The notes under the pieces are model-generated. The model worked only from the letters and a program-made list of their open reading frames with translations, did not search any database and was not told where the DNA came from. Below are positions 42,041 to 53,058 of a DNA stretch of 64,000 nucleotides, piece after piece; the first letter of the stretch is position 1; every line of letters starts with the position of its first letter. A program made the translations under genes and the position numbers. This DNA is from Bdellovibrionales bacterium (GTDB taxonomy: Bacteria; Bdellovibrionota; Bdellovibrionia; Bdellovibrionales; UBA1609), in NCBI GenBank assembly GCA_965219095.1, contig CBDCMT010000001.1, positions 416,001-480,000 of the forward strand, in the 5' to 3' direction.

Positions 42041-44787
42041 AATTTTTGTATAGAAAACTTATTTTTTTGTGTACAGCTATTTCTGGTTTTGTAAGCCTTA
42101 TCGACCAAGTTGTTTGGCAGCGCTATTTGGCGATTTTAGTAGGGAGTGAGGCACGTTCTTTAAGTTTAGTTGTAGCTGTGTTTCTTTTAGGTTTGGCTGC
42201 AGGTTATCAATTTTTTGGCTCCATCACAGAAAAGCAGTCGAAAAGGACACGGTATTCTCTTATGAAGTTCTATGGTTATATGGAGCTTCTGATTGCTGTC
42301 TATGCTGTTTTGTTTCCCTCTTTTTTTAAAGTTTTGAAAACCATAAGCTTCAATACTCACAGTCATTTGGCCTTTGATTTTCTTATCTCTTTAGGTGTGC
42401 TTTTTACTCCTACATTTCTTATGGGAGCTTCTATACCTCTTCTAACTATGTTGATTCCTGAGAACACAAAAGAAGTCAGCTTATGTCATGCTAAGATTTA
42501 TGGTTGGAACACTGTGGGAGCTTGCCTAGGCGTTCTTGCAGGAGGCTTTTACCTTATCCCTTCTTTTGGGCTTCCGCTTACTCTTTATATAAGTGGATTC
42601 TTAAACCTCTTCATAGCAATTGTCTTTATGGCAAACCCCTTGAAAGGTTTTGTGCAAAAAAAAGATGAGTTAACGAACATTACAAACCCTCTGTCTCAAA
42701 CATTTCTCTATAGTTTTGTTTTTCTTACAGGTGCTCTTATTATTGGTTTTGAGATCATCTTTGTTCGTATTTTAAACTTAACTCTAGGAACTCATCCTTA
42801 TAACTTCACTCTTGTTTTGTTTGCTGTGATTTTAGGTTTAGGCACAGGAAGCTTATTTGTAAATACAAAAAAACTCAATGTCTTAGGATTTATTAAAAAA
42901 ACTTTAGGAGCCTTATTTTGTCTTTTTCTTGTTTACATGACTGTTCCGTATTGGCCCTCTTGGTTAAGCACTCTTCGAGTGAGCTTGACAAGCATTCCTT
43001 CAAATTATCATGTGTTTTTAGCTTTTAGTTTAATTTTCTGTGTTTTATTTTTAAGCATCCCTATGTTTCTTCTAGGGCAGCTTCTTCCTATGGCCTACGC
43101 TCTCCTTTATAAAACAAAACAAAATTATGGTCTTGTTTGCGGAAGACTTTATTTTTTCAATACCTTGGGAACTGTGCTGGGAGCTGTGGTTTTAGGATAT
43201 CTAAGCTTTTCTTTATGGAACTTAGATGTGATTTTAAAGGCTAGCCTTGTACTTTTGTCTCTGCTCTCTGTATTTGCCGTTTTTTCTGTGAGAAAGCAAG
43301 CCTATTCCCTCCTTGGTTTGGCTTTGATTTTTCTCATGGTTTTTCTTATCCTGCCTCTTTGGGATAGACAGTCTCATAAAATGGGTATCTTTCGTCAAAG
43401 ACAAGCGACAAGTCAATATTTTAAGGGATTTTTTCATATTATAAATACTTTAAACAAGAATAAAGTTGTCTTTTTTGAAGACGGTCCTCAAGCCACAATC
43501 ACAGTGACTGAAAGAAAAAGATTTCATGATAAGAACGCCTATGAACTTCTTAAGAGAAAGGAAGAATCTTTCTCTCATATTGGTTTATCTTGGATTGAAG
43601 CCAAACCTCAATTTAAAGACTATAGTTTAACAGTAAATGGAAAGTCAGACGGAAACACAATTTTCGATTTTAGCACAACCTACTGGCTTGCTGTTTTACC
43701 TTACTTACTGTCAGATCATCACAATCACAATCTCAAGGTTGCAAACATTGGTTTAGGAGCAGGTGTTACAGCAGGAGTTTTTGGTCGTCTTTCAGAGGTT
43801 AAAGACGTTACAGTTCTTGAGATTTCTCAAAAAGTGATCAAAGGAATGAGTTGGATTAAAAACAACTTTGATCCTCTCAACAACCCTAAAGTAAAAATTG
43901 TCAAACAGGATGCATTTAAATTTTTTACTCGATCACAAGAAAAATTTGATATCATTAGTTCTGAACCCAGCAACCCTTGGGTCATAGGGGTTGAGAATCT
44001 TTTCACACAAGAATTCTATGAAATGGCAGTTCAGTCATTAAACCCTGAAGGTCTTTTTGCACAGTGGTTTCATGCTTATTCAAGTGATCCTAAGATGTTC
44101 TTAATGATTTTTCAAAATCTTGTAGATGTTTTTGGTCATGTGAAAATGTACAAAATTGGAGTTATGGACTATTTATTTTTAGCTTCAAAGAAACCCTTAA
44201 ATCAAAAATCTTTTCAGAACAAGTTTTCTAACAGAAGATTCTCTGAAAACTTTGTTAAAATACTTTCGAAAGACCTCTTAGGAGTTCAAAGAGCTAAAGA
44301 CATTGAGCTATTTAGAGTCTTAGGGACTTCAGCTATTAGATGGAGTACTTTGATTCATGGTTTTAAAGAACATAGTCTGGAGTTTCCCAATCTTTCTTTT
44401 TTAGCATATAAAAACTTTTTTCTAGGTACAAAAGTCAATCCCTATCATATTGTGCCTGATAGCATAAAAAGGAAGGCTTTGTCTGTAGGCAAAGGAGAGC
44501 TATTCGAATTTTATACTAAAAATTACAATAAGAATTCTGTAAAAGATCTTTGTTATCCAAGTATAGGAACTAATATGTTTTGTAGTCAACTTTCTTGGTA
44601 TGAAGATTATAAAAATCAAAAATTAGATATTAAAAACCGATTTTCAGCATACATTTCCTTAAGGGACTTAAAGCTTATTCCAAAAGATTCCTCTTTGTTA
44701 TCAGACGTTAGAAAAGAAATAAAAAAAGGAATTAAAGCCCTCCCAAAAAGACATCTTTCTTCAGATTTTCTTTCTCTTCAAGGTTGA
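42031..44787 (+). CDS. Fused multi-TM membrane / spermidine-synthase-like protein
   Basis: Two TM repeats (FLLGLAAG, LMGASIP, NTVGACLG), then NGKSDG, IGLGAGVT, FDIISSEPSNPW, LFTQEFY; both ends disturbed. Confidence 0.85.
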   Translation: MRRQFLYRKLIFLCTAISGFVSLIDQVVWQRYLAILVGSEARSLSLVVAVFLLGLAAGYQFFGSITEKQSKRTRYSLMKFYGYMELLIAVYAVLFPSFFKVLKTISFNTHSHLAFDFLISLGVLFTPTFLMGASIPLLTMLIPENTKEVSLCHAKIYGWNTVGACLGVLAGGFYLIPSFGLPLTLYISGFLNLFIAIVFMANPLKGFVQKKDELTNITNPLSQTFLYSFVFLTGALIIGFEIIFVRILNLTLGTHPYNFTLVLFAVILGLGTGSLFVNTKKLNVLGFIKKTLGALFCLFLVYMTVPYWPSWLSTLRVSLTSIPSNYHVFLAFSLIFCVLFLSIPMFLLGQLLPMAYALLYKTKQNYGLVCGRLYFFNTLGTVLGAVVLGYLSFSLWNLDVILKASLVLLSLLSVFAVFSVRKQAYSLLGLALIFLMVFLILPLWDRQSHKMGIFRQRQATSQYFKGFFHIINTLNKNKVVFFEDGPQATITVTERKRFHDKNAYELLKRKEESFSHIGLSWIEAKPQFKDYSLTVNGKSDGNTIFDFSTTYWLAVLPYLLSDHHNHNLKVANIGLGAGVTAGVFGRLSEVKDVTVLEISQKVIKGMSWIKNNFDPLNNPKVKIVKQDAFKFFTRSQEKFDIISSEPSNPWVIGVENLFTQEFYEMAVQSLNPEGLFAQWFHAYSSDPKMFLMIFQNLVDVFGHVKMYKIGVMDYLFLASKKPLNQKSFQNKFSNRRFSENFVKILSKDLLGVQRAKDIELFRVLGTSAIRWSTLIHGFKEHSLEFPNLSFLAYKNFFLGTKVNPYHIVPDSIKRKALSVGKGELFEFYTKNYNKNSVKDLCYPSIGTNMFCSQLSWYEDYKNQKLDIKNRFSAYISLRDLKLIPKDSSLLSDVRKEIKKGIKALPKRHLSSDFLSLQG

Positions 44788-45080
44788 ATCTTTCTCAGAT
44801 CCTAAACTTAATTTTTCTTTGATCAATTGTAAAAAAAGGAATTAAAGCCCTCCCAAAAAGACATCTTTCTTCAGAGGTTGAACTTTCTGATCCTAAACTA
44901 ATTTTTCTGAAATTGTATTTAATTAATAGCCTACGTGATTTTAGGGGAGAGGAGGCCAAACAATATTTGCGGTCTTTCAAATCATTTCTTTCCTCTCAAA
45001 CCTATGAAAAACTTAGCTCAAGCATTTTAAATGCTCTGAAAAAACAAAATATACTGATTGCACTTCAAAATCCACATCTA

Positions 45081-45154
45081 TAGTGCTTCCGTTTAGGTTT
45101 TCAGGTTCCTAAGATGGAGAAGTTATCAAAGTTTCTAATTTAGGCCTGTGTTTT
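45081..45154 (-). mobile_element. IS630 type A right-end stub
   Basis: tagtgcttccgtttaggttttcagg...ggcctgtgtttt. Confidence 0.85.
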
Positions 45155-45709
45155 CCTGAGTTCGCCCTCAAGAAAGGATTAAATTTATAACTATTTGATT
45201 TCATTGGTATTTTTTTGCTTGACAACATAGTATGTCTTTAGTATGTTCATATTTATAGGGGGGGGATTATGTACATAACAAGTCCTAAACGCAAAAACGG
45301 TAGCACAGTGGTTCGTCTTGTGGAATCTTTTTGGAAAGAAGGCAAAGTAAAGAATCGCATTATCAAAACCATAGGACAATCTAAAGATTCCAAGATCGTA
45401 GAGAAATACAAACAAGAAGCTAAAAAGCTTCTTGAACAACATAAAAAGGGTCTTCTTTCACTTTCAAGCCTTTCAGAAAAGATTCCTATTGATCTCCTAC
45501 GTTTCCAAGGTGAGAGAAGACATAACCATGGTTTTGAGGACATTTTCGGAACAGCATGGGAGGATTTAGGTTTTAAAGATTTAATAGAAACTGGAAGAAA
45601 AAAAGAGGCTATAAACCAAGTACTCCGTGAGGTGGTTTTTATGAGAGTTTTCTCTCCTTCAAGCAAGCTAAGAAGCTGTTCTCTAATAGAGAAGTTCTTT
45701 AGTAAACAA
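45155..45709 (+). mobile_element. IS1634-family 5' fragment
   Basis: cctgagttcg end; MYITSPKRKNGSTVVRLVESFWKEGKVKNRII...PSSKL. Confidence 0.8.
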
Positions 45710-47401
45710 CCCAAATTCCACGCTAAAAATGATCACTACTGGTTTTCATTTCTCTGAGAAGTTTTTTGTCAATAGCCTTTATGATATTTTCTTGAATTTT
45801 GCTTAGAGCAACTGTTCGAGACATTTGAATTTTTTTCTTTTTATCAGAAAAATAAACTTTGTACAGGTTCTCTAGCTCTTTTAATGCTTGAATTGGCGAA
45901 ATATCCAAATTGTAGAGATGCAACTTTAATACGGAAAGCAGAAGATAAGATAAATAACAAATAAAAACATGAGCCACTACTCTGTTGCAAAGCCAGTGTC
46001 GCACAGGATTTAAATTTGTAACTCCTTTTAAAATTCTGAAAGCTCTTTCTACGACATCTTTATCAAAATAAAATTTGACCATATCTTTACCAGAAATATT
46101 CTTTGTAGAAAATATACAGGAGTACCCATCAAATTCTTCTGCTTTTTTCAGTTCCCGATCCTTGATCTTTCCTGTGGGAGTTAGATATTTTTTCAGCCCC
46201 TCCTTAATGGACTTGTTTTGAGATAGACAGTTTTGAGCAGCAACTATCTCATCATATCTCGCCTCTCGAATTGCATCCTTTCTTTTATGGTTGTAGCAGA
46301 TTGCCAGTTTTCCTTTAACTTGGCCAAATGTATAATTCATGCTTTTAACGTAAAAAGTATTCTTGTTCAAAATTACCCTATTTGAAACGTTTACTATAGA
46401 ACCGGACTTTAAAAAATTTCGTACTGTCTTCTTCTCAACCTCTCTCATAGGAATTCCGCACAATGTATTCCAACCCAATTCCCCTATGTAAGAAAGGTTT
46501 TTAGACGATGCTATACCTCGATCATACACCAATAGGCCAGAACGAAGATTGTATTCTGAAAAACTATTAACAAGTGCCGTCAATGTCCTGCTATCGTGAA
46601 TGTTACCCTTAAAGGTCTTGTGAAAAACAGGAATCCCTTCTTCTTGAGTTACAGCAAGACCTATCTGAATCAGAGGACTCTTCCTTTTCCCATCTTTGCT
46701 GTACCCTGGGTTACCTAGTTGACATTTACTTCCATAAAAATAAGTGTTAGTAACATCATAGACAATTTTATTAGATGATAACTTGTATTCTTTTTTAACA
46801 TTTTCAAAAATACGTTTCTGCAAAGATGGAGCCTTGGATTCGTTAAGCTGATCGAGAGCTGAAAAAAGCCTTCTTTCAGTCAGCCCATCTAAGTTTAAAA
46901 TGCTGTTTAAATCTGTTCGTTCATACCATGATGGCATATTATTGACGCTTCTGTAATCCAAGCAATGAGCATAGACCATACTTAGTATTTCATCTGAATA
47001 ATTGCCAAGAACTTCGGGAAGACCAACTTTTTTTGCAAGGGCATGAAGAACAATCAAGGGACCACTGATCTTAACTTTATCGAATTGAATGTTCTCGGAA
47101 GATATAGAGATAACACGCTTATGATTCACTTCCTTTCCAAGATATCTCAAGTACTTCTGTACGACCTTGCCCTTGACCCGGACATTTTTCACCTCTGCTA
47201 AATAAGTGCTGCCTCCTCTTTTAATCTTCTTTATAAAACTCATAGTAGTTACCATTATGGTAACTACTTAAAAATAGAAGGGCAAGAGCTTTTCAGAGAA
47301 AAAAAGGGCAATAACCCCATTTTTACTGGAAAACTTCCATCTTATGGAACTTATCTTACTGTTAGAGCAATGTAGTGATCATTTTTAGCGTGGAATTTAG
47401 G
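45710..47401 (-). mobile_element. IS1634-like element; transposase at 45723-47255
   Basis: About 30-bp TIRs (aaattccacgctaaaaatgatcactac); YDVTNTYF, VYDRG, VERAFR; no target duplication. Confidence 0.88.
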
Positions 47402-48269
47402 TAATTAACTCTACTACTTGCATAAGTGCTTTTGTCAAAAGTCTGTTTTTAGGATAAACAATTGAAATATTGTACATAGCATCCCAACCTCTAGGAACTT
47501 TAATGGGTTTAATTTTCTTGTGTGCATATTGAATCATAAGGTCCGGCATAAGGCTCCAAGAATTTGATGAGAGCATTTTTCTCAAAGCAATCTCATAACT
47601 ATCAAACATGCAATCCACATGAGGAATTAAATCGAACCTTTTAAATGCAGGATGAGTTTCACAAATTTCAATACCACTAAAAGATTTTGGTAAAACAGCT
47701 GGATATTCTGTAATTCTCTTCAGTTGTACTTTAGAATCCTTGAAAACTGGATGATTTTTCCTTGCAAAAATTAAAAGATCACCCTTTAAAATACGAATCA
47801 TTTCAACATCTGGATGTTCCTGAGGACTAAAACATAAACCCAAGTTATACTCGCCATCCAGTATACCTTTAAGAACTTCGGAAGATCTTCTTGTATAAAT
47901 TTCTGCTGTTATTTTAGAATTTTGATTTTGAATCTGACTCCAAGCTGGAGTTAAAATATGAGAGCAGAGCATATGACTGGCTGCCAATCGATAATGTCCC
48001 GATAAATGAACATGATCTGACGAAACCTCCTCTTTTACTTTCTCTACCTGAGTAAGAATCTCAAAAGCTCTTTTTTTTAAAAGTTCACCATGACTGGTTA
48101 GAAAGATTCTCTTCCCTCTTTTCTTAAAAAGAGCTTGTCCTAACTCCTCTTGCAAACAAGAAAGGCTATGGCTTATAGCACTGGGACTGATAGCTAATAT
48201 CTTTGAGGCCTTTCCAATATGCTCATGTCGTGCTGTTTCCAAAAAATAGCTCAATTGATCTAACTTCAT
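47397..48269 (-). CDS. LysR-family regulator (3' end abuts an IS)
   Basis: HTH HIGKASKILAISPSAISHSL...LF..RGKRIFLT; divergent from rocD. Confidence 0.92.
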   Translation of the reverse strand: MKLDQLSYFLETARHEHIGKASKILAISPSAISHSLSCLQEELGQALFKKRGKRIFLTSHGELLKKRAFEILTQVEKVKEEVSSDHVHLSGHYRLAASHMLCSHILTPAWSQIQNQNSKITAEIYTRRSSEVLKGILDGEYNLGLCFSPQEHPDVEMIRILKGDLLIFARKNHPVFKDSKVQLKRITEYPAVLPKSFSGIEICETHPAFKRFDLIPHVDCMFDSYEIALRKMLSSNSWSLMPDLMIQYAHKKIKPIKVPRGWDAMYNISIVYPKNRLLTKALMQVVELIT

Positions 48270-48358
48270 CGTTCTAATTTATCAAATAACTTCATTGAAA
48301 TCAAATCATTTTACAGAATTTAAAAAACTCTTATACTGAATCAAAAAAGGAGAATACA

Positions 48359-49666
48359 ATGAAGAAAAATGAAAACAAAGTAAAGACAGAAGAAAACCAT
48401 ATAAAAGACTCATCCTATTACATAGAGCTAGAGAATCAATATGGAGCTCATATTTATGATCCCATTCCTGTTGTAATAGATAGAGGACAGGGAGTGTATG
48501 TATGGGACGTAGAAAACAATCGCTATATGGACTGCCTTTCTGGCTATTCTTCACTCAATGTAGGGCACTGCCATCCCCGACTCGTTAAAGTGCTACAAGA
48601 ACAAGCTAGCAAACTAACTCTTACTGCCAGAGCTTTTTATAATTCAGTAGCCGGAAGCTATGAAAAATTCATAACAGAGTTTTTTTCTTATGAAAAAGTG
48701 CTTCCTATGAACACGGGAGCAGAAGCAGTAGAAACAGGCTTAAAGTTATGCCGAAAATGGGGATACCAAAAAAAGAAAATACCTCCTTCTGAAGCAAAAG
48801 TTATTTTTTTTGAATCCAACTTCCATGGAAGAACTTTAGCTGTTATTTCTGCTTCCTCCGATCTCAAGTCCAGAAAAGATTTTGGCCCCTATTTACCCGG
48901 TATAGAAATAATTCCCTATAACAATATTGCAATTTTAGAAAAAGCTCTTCAAGCTCCCGAAGTGGCTGGCATAGTTATAGAGCCGATCCAAGGGGAAGGA
49001 GGGATCGTGATTCCAGAAGACTCTTATTTAAAAAAAGCTTACAAGCTTTGCGAAAAACATAATGTACTCTTCATTGCTGATGAAATACAAACGGGTCTAG
49101 GAAGAACTGGAAAAATGTTAGCTTGCGACCATATAGGGATACATCCTCATATCCTCTTATTAGCAAAAGCCCTGTCGGGAGGAATGCTCCCTATTTCTGC
49201 TGTGCTAGCAGATAGAGAAATTATAGATTGCCTACGACCAGGAGAGCATGGTTCTACCTATGGAGGCAATCCTCTGGCTTGCAGAATAGCCATAGAAACT
49301 CTTCTGCTTCTAAAAGAAGAAAACTTAGTAGAAAATGCAGAAAGAATGGGAAAAATATTTAGAAAAAAAATAGGAGCTTATTCGTATCCATGGATCAAAG
49401 AATTAAGAGGAAGAGGTCTTTTAAATGCTCTAGAAATTGTAGAAGGACCTATCAAAGCCATAGATTTCTGTTTGGAATTAAAAAAAAGAGGCATACTTGC
49501 TATACCTATGCACAAAAATACTGTTCGTTTCTCTCCCCCTTTAATTATAACAGAGGAAGAAATGGAAAATCTGTGTCAATGTATAGGGAACGTTATGCAA
49601 ACTATGCACCAAAAATGGGAACAAGTTAGAAACATAGAAACAACACACTGTAATAGTTTTTCCTGA
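48359..49666 (+). CDS. rocD: Ornithine--oxo-acid aminotransferase
   Basis: VLPMNTGAEAVET, FHGRT, EPIQGEGG, DEIQTGLGRTG, KALSGG, PGEHGSTYGGNPL. Confidence 0.93.
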   Translation: MKKNENKVKTEENHIKDSSYYIELENQYGAHIYDPIPVVIDRGQGVYVWDVENNRYMDCLSGYSSLNVGHCHPRLVKVLQEQASKLTLTARAFYNSVAGSYEKFITEFFSYEKVLPMNTGAEAVETGLKLCRKWGYQKKKIPPSEAKVIFFESNFHGRTLAVISASSDLKSRKDFGPYLPGIEIIPYNNIAILEKALQAPEVAGIVIEPIQGEGGIVIPEDSYLKKAYKLCEKHNVLFIADEIQTGLGRTGKMLACDHIGIHPHILLLAKALSGGMLPISAVLADREIIDCLRPGEHGSTYGGNPLACRIAIETLLLLKEENLVENAERMGKIFRKKIGAYSYPWIKELRGRGLLNALEIVEGPIKAIDFCLELKKRGILAIPMHKNTVRFSPPLIITEEEMENLCQCIGNVMQTMHQKWEQVRNIETTHCNSFS

Positions 49667-49702
49667 ATTAACCCAAATCCCCTAAATAAAAACTCAATAT
49701 TT

Positions 49703-49731
49703 AGAAGAGTTATACCTTATAACTCTTTCTT
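49703..49731. terminator. Hairpin between convergent rocD and DUF805 genes
   Basis: aagagttata-cct-tataactctt. Confidence 0.55.
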
Positions 49732-49800
49732 ATATGAACTCCTCTTTGATTGGCAAAAATTTTGTGTAGAAGCATATCTATATTGAGAAAAAGAAAATCT

Positions 49801-50604
49801 TTAATTAAACGCACCCATTGCTTCAAATTTTTTTCTATTTTCTTTGCGAAGTTTACTTGGTATACCAACAGCTTTATTTACAGATAGTACAATTTTATGA
49901 AAATTCCTATCCTCAGAAATGACTTTTATAACATTTAAAACCTTTTCATCAGAGGTAATAACTTTAATTTGGTTGATTCCTATTTTATCAATATGGTCTT
50001 TCATGCTATAATCAATAAAGATTCGATCTTCTGTAAGAAAGCTTCCAAGCGCAGTTTTTTTTCCTATTTTTACAATGACAAGGGACTCAATTTTTAAAGT
50101 TTTTCTAAAGGGTTTGGGAAGTTGGGATATGAACTGTTTAAGCTCTTTCGTACTTCCGGGTGGTTGATTTTTTTCTTCCATAACAAAGGCAGAGTACACA
50201 GAGCCACATATGGTAAAGGCAATAGATAAATAAAAAAGCCCTCTTGAAACTTCAAAATCATCAGTCTCTCCAAACTCATTAGATCCTTTATCTCCTTGTT
50301 TAAATGCCATATAGATCCAAAAAAAGCCACCTAAAATGGGAACGAAAAAAAGTAGAGAAAACCAACCACTCATATTAATATCATGCAATCTTTTTATAGT
50401 AAGCATTAGACTAAAAATAGTAAAAACAGCTAAAATAATAAGAAATTTTACAGATAATAAGGCAGGCGTCGTGAAAGGAATTGTTTTTAAAATAATTAAA
50501 AAAATGAGAATAAGAGCAGCTATGCCCACAAAATACATTTGAGAAGAGATTCTTCCTTTAAAAGATAGGTAAAGGTTCTTTATATCCTCTAGTGTAATAC
50601 CCAT
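49801..50604 (-). CDS. DUF805 membrane protein with extra C-terminal soluble domain
   Basis: SFKGRIS, IKRLHDINMSGW, GDKGSNEFG. Confidence 0.85.
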   Translation of the reverse strand: MGITLEDIKNLYLSFKGRISSQMYFVGIAALILIFLIILKTIPFTTPALLSVKFLIILAVFTIFSLMLTIKRLHDINMSGWFSLLFFVPILGGFFWIYMAFKQGDKGSNEFGETDDFEVSRGLFYLSIAFTICGSVYSAFVMEEKNQPPGSTKELKQFISQLPKPFRKTLKIESLVIVKIGKKTALGSFLTEDRIFIDYSMKDHIDKIGINQIKVITSDEKVLNVIKVISEDRNFHKIVLSVNKAVGIPSKLRKENRKKFEAMGAFN

Positions 50605-50868
50605 GTTATTCCTTATAAAGGATTAAAAATTTTTGTGATTCATTTATCATTTTTTAAGTTTAAATTAAATTCATTTTTAGTAAAGCCTTCATAAAGAAAA
50701 CTGGGCTTTTGACTTACTCCTGCAACTTACCTCAATCGGAGGGTTACCGGATTCTTTTTTCCTTTCTCCGATAAATCATCTATGAAAAAGAAACTTGCTT
50801 TCGCATTCTTTCACGAATGGCGACTTAAGAAGATTTTTTGCGAAAAAAATTGGATCCCTGAAGAATGT

Positions 50869-51103
50869 AAAAAAGCAAATGAAGGGATTTGTCCCTATAC
50901 AGGACAAAAGATAAGTGGAGGTGAAATAGATCATATATTGCCTAGAAGATCTAAGTATGGAACCATTAATGATGAAGCTAATTTAATATATTCGAGTAAA
51001 GTTGGCAATCAACACAAATCCAACAATTTCGTAAGTTTTGATAGTGGAATACACTTAGAGTACATGAAAAAAATATTTAGCACAAATGATCCCAAGCGAT
51101 ATA
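50869..51103 (+). pseudogene. HNH-domain fragment resembling type II-B Cas9, cut by IS630
   Basis: GICPYTG...EIDHILPRRSKYGTINDEANLIYSS..GNQHK. Confidence 0.7.
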
Positions 51104-52240
51104 TAGTGCTTCCGTTTAGGTTTTCAGGTTCCTAAGATGGAGAAGTTATCAGTTATCAAAGTTTCTAATTTAGGCCTGTGGTTTCGTATTCCTCTAAAAA
51201 ATTGACTTAAACTTCCCTTGAAATCGTCATAGTTTTCATAATATCGATTCGCCGTGACCTCTTTTTTCATAAACTTCCAAAGTCTTTCTATAGGATTTAA
51301 ATTCGGTGAGTACGGAGGAAGATAAACAAGTTTTATATTCAACTCTTTCGCTAACTTCTTGACAGACTTCGATCTATTGTATCCGGCCCCATCTAAGATA
51401 AGATGAATCTCTTTTTCATCGGGATGCTTCTTGCGAATATGATGGAGCATATCACATATGGAAACATGGTTAACTGTCTTATAACTCCTGACTACCGTCT
51501 TCAAACTATTGATCTCAATAGCTCCACAAACATTCACTCTTTTTCTCCAGCCTGAATTGGTCTTCACTTCAAACTTCTTACCCTCTCTTATCCAACCATA
51601 TGAAATCGTAGGGCCCCACTCAGGATGTGTGGAATCAGCAAAGTAAACAGGACCGTCTTTCTTCTTAATTCTCTTGTATTTACGCACAAACTTTTTCTGC
51701 TCTTCTCTCTTTGCCTTACCCGGTATCGCTGTGGCTTTTTTATAAGAAAAACCAAGGCGATGGAGAAGATCAATTACACCACTTGTTAAAGTACGTAACA
51801 CCAAAATTCTCCTCAATGAACTGGATAACAGATTGTGATGATGGAAAAATTCTTTTTTCTAACTCCTTTAAAAGCATTTTCTCCTCTTTCTTAGTTAAAA
51901 AGGACCTTTTAGGGTTGTAATTGTCGTTGATTAAGCACTCTATCCCACCTTTGTTATAACGATCTCTACAGGCTCTTATCGTGCCCTCATCAATGAAAAG
52001 AAAACGGGAAATATCTTTACACAACTCACCTTTATCTAAATGGAGAATTGTCATAATCCTTTTTACGTATTTAATATTTTTCTCTAGAGATAGTTCATAG
52101 AGTAAATCTTTTCGCTCTTTTTTTGATAGAAACCCTGACATATGAAACTATTTTTAAAAATAAATGACTTTTTATCAAGGCCTTAGAATAAAAACTAGAC
52201 CTCAACTCAAAAAAAACGGAAAACCTAAGCGGAAGCACTA
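51104..52240 (-). mobile_element. IS630 type A, full length, one frameshift
   Basis: Both TIRs, TA flanks, ORFs 51770-52141 and 51124-51816. Confidence 0.92.
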
Positions 52241-52602
52241 TAGAACAAGCTTTTAAAGTATTGAAAGGTATCTCGAATATACAACCTATCAGATTTTGGC
52301 TAAACAAAAAAGTTAAAGCCCATGTGTTCATATGTTATTTATCCTATCTTTTATTATCAATTTTAAAAATGAGATTAAATCATAAAAATGTTGGAATATC
52401 TCCACAAAAAGCCATTGAGGAGTTGGAAACAATGTATAATGTTTATTTTTCTGATAAAAAGAAAAAAGTAAGGTTGATGAAAACTGTTACTTTAAATAAG
52501 AAGCAAGAAAAAATACTGAATTCCATAGATTTAGGAATTTTGAGAAATCGCACTTCCATACTTTCTTAAATCCTAGTGAGTAAAAATTGTCTCAAATTTA
52601 GG
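52241..52602 (+). mobile_element. IS1634-like 3' fragment with right end
   Basis: QPIRFWLNKKVKAHVFICYLSY; ends in aaatttagg. Confidence 0.85.
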
Positions 52603-53058
52603 TAAAAAAACATAGCTCAAACCCTGTTTATTGGCGGTTAGCAACTTTTTTGATTTTGACAGGTACTAGAGTTGGTGAGGCTTGTAGGCTTTTGTGGAGT
52701 GAAATTAATTTTGAAGATGGCTTTACTTGAATTGTGCGAACAGTACGTTGGGATCGTTATACAAAACACCCTGTTTTGGAAGAAACGACAAAAACTTCTT
52801 GTTCAGTTAGAGTTTTACCATTTCCTGATGTTTTAATAGAAGTTTTAAAACAAATGAAGGCTGAATCTTATGAAAAAGGCTATGAAGTCGTATTTCATAA
52901 TGGCAAAGGAGAACTTTTGAAATACAATGCCATTCCTTCAGCTTTTGATGCAGGTTTTAGAGCTTTAAAATTATCTTGGAGAGGGACTCATATTTGCAGA
53001 CATACTTTTGCAACTTTGGCCTTGCAAGCTACAAAAAACCTATCAGCGGTTCAAGTTA

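Noticed and set aside
50700..50868. Possible IS end or intron fragment upstream of the HNH piece
   Set aside because: No matching partner end or recognisable motif in the window.
49670..51103. CRISPR repeats or tracrRNA near the Cas9-like fragment
   Set aside because: No repeated 25-40-bp unit was seen, only a terminator-like hairpin.
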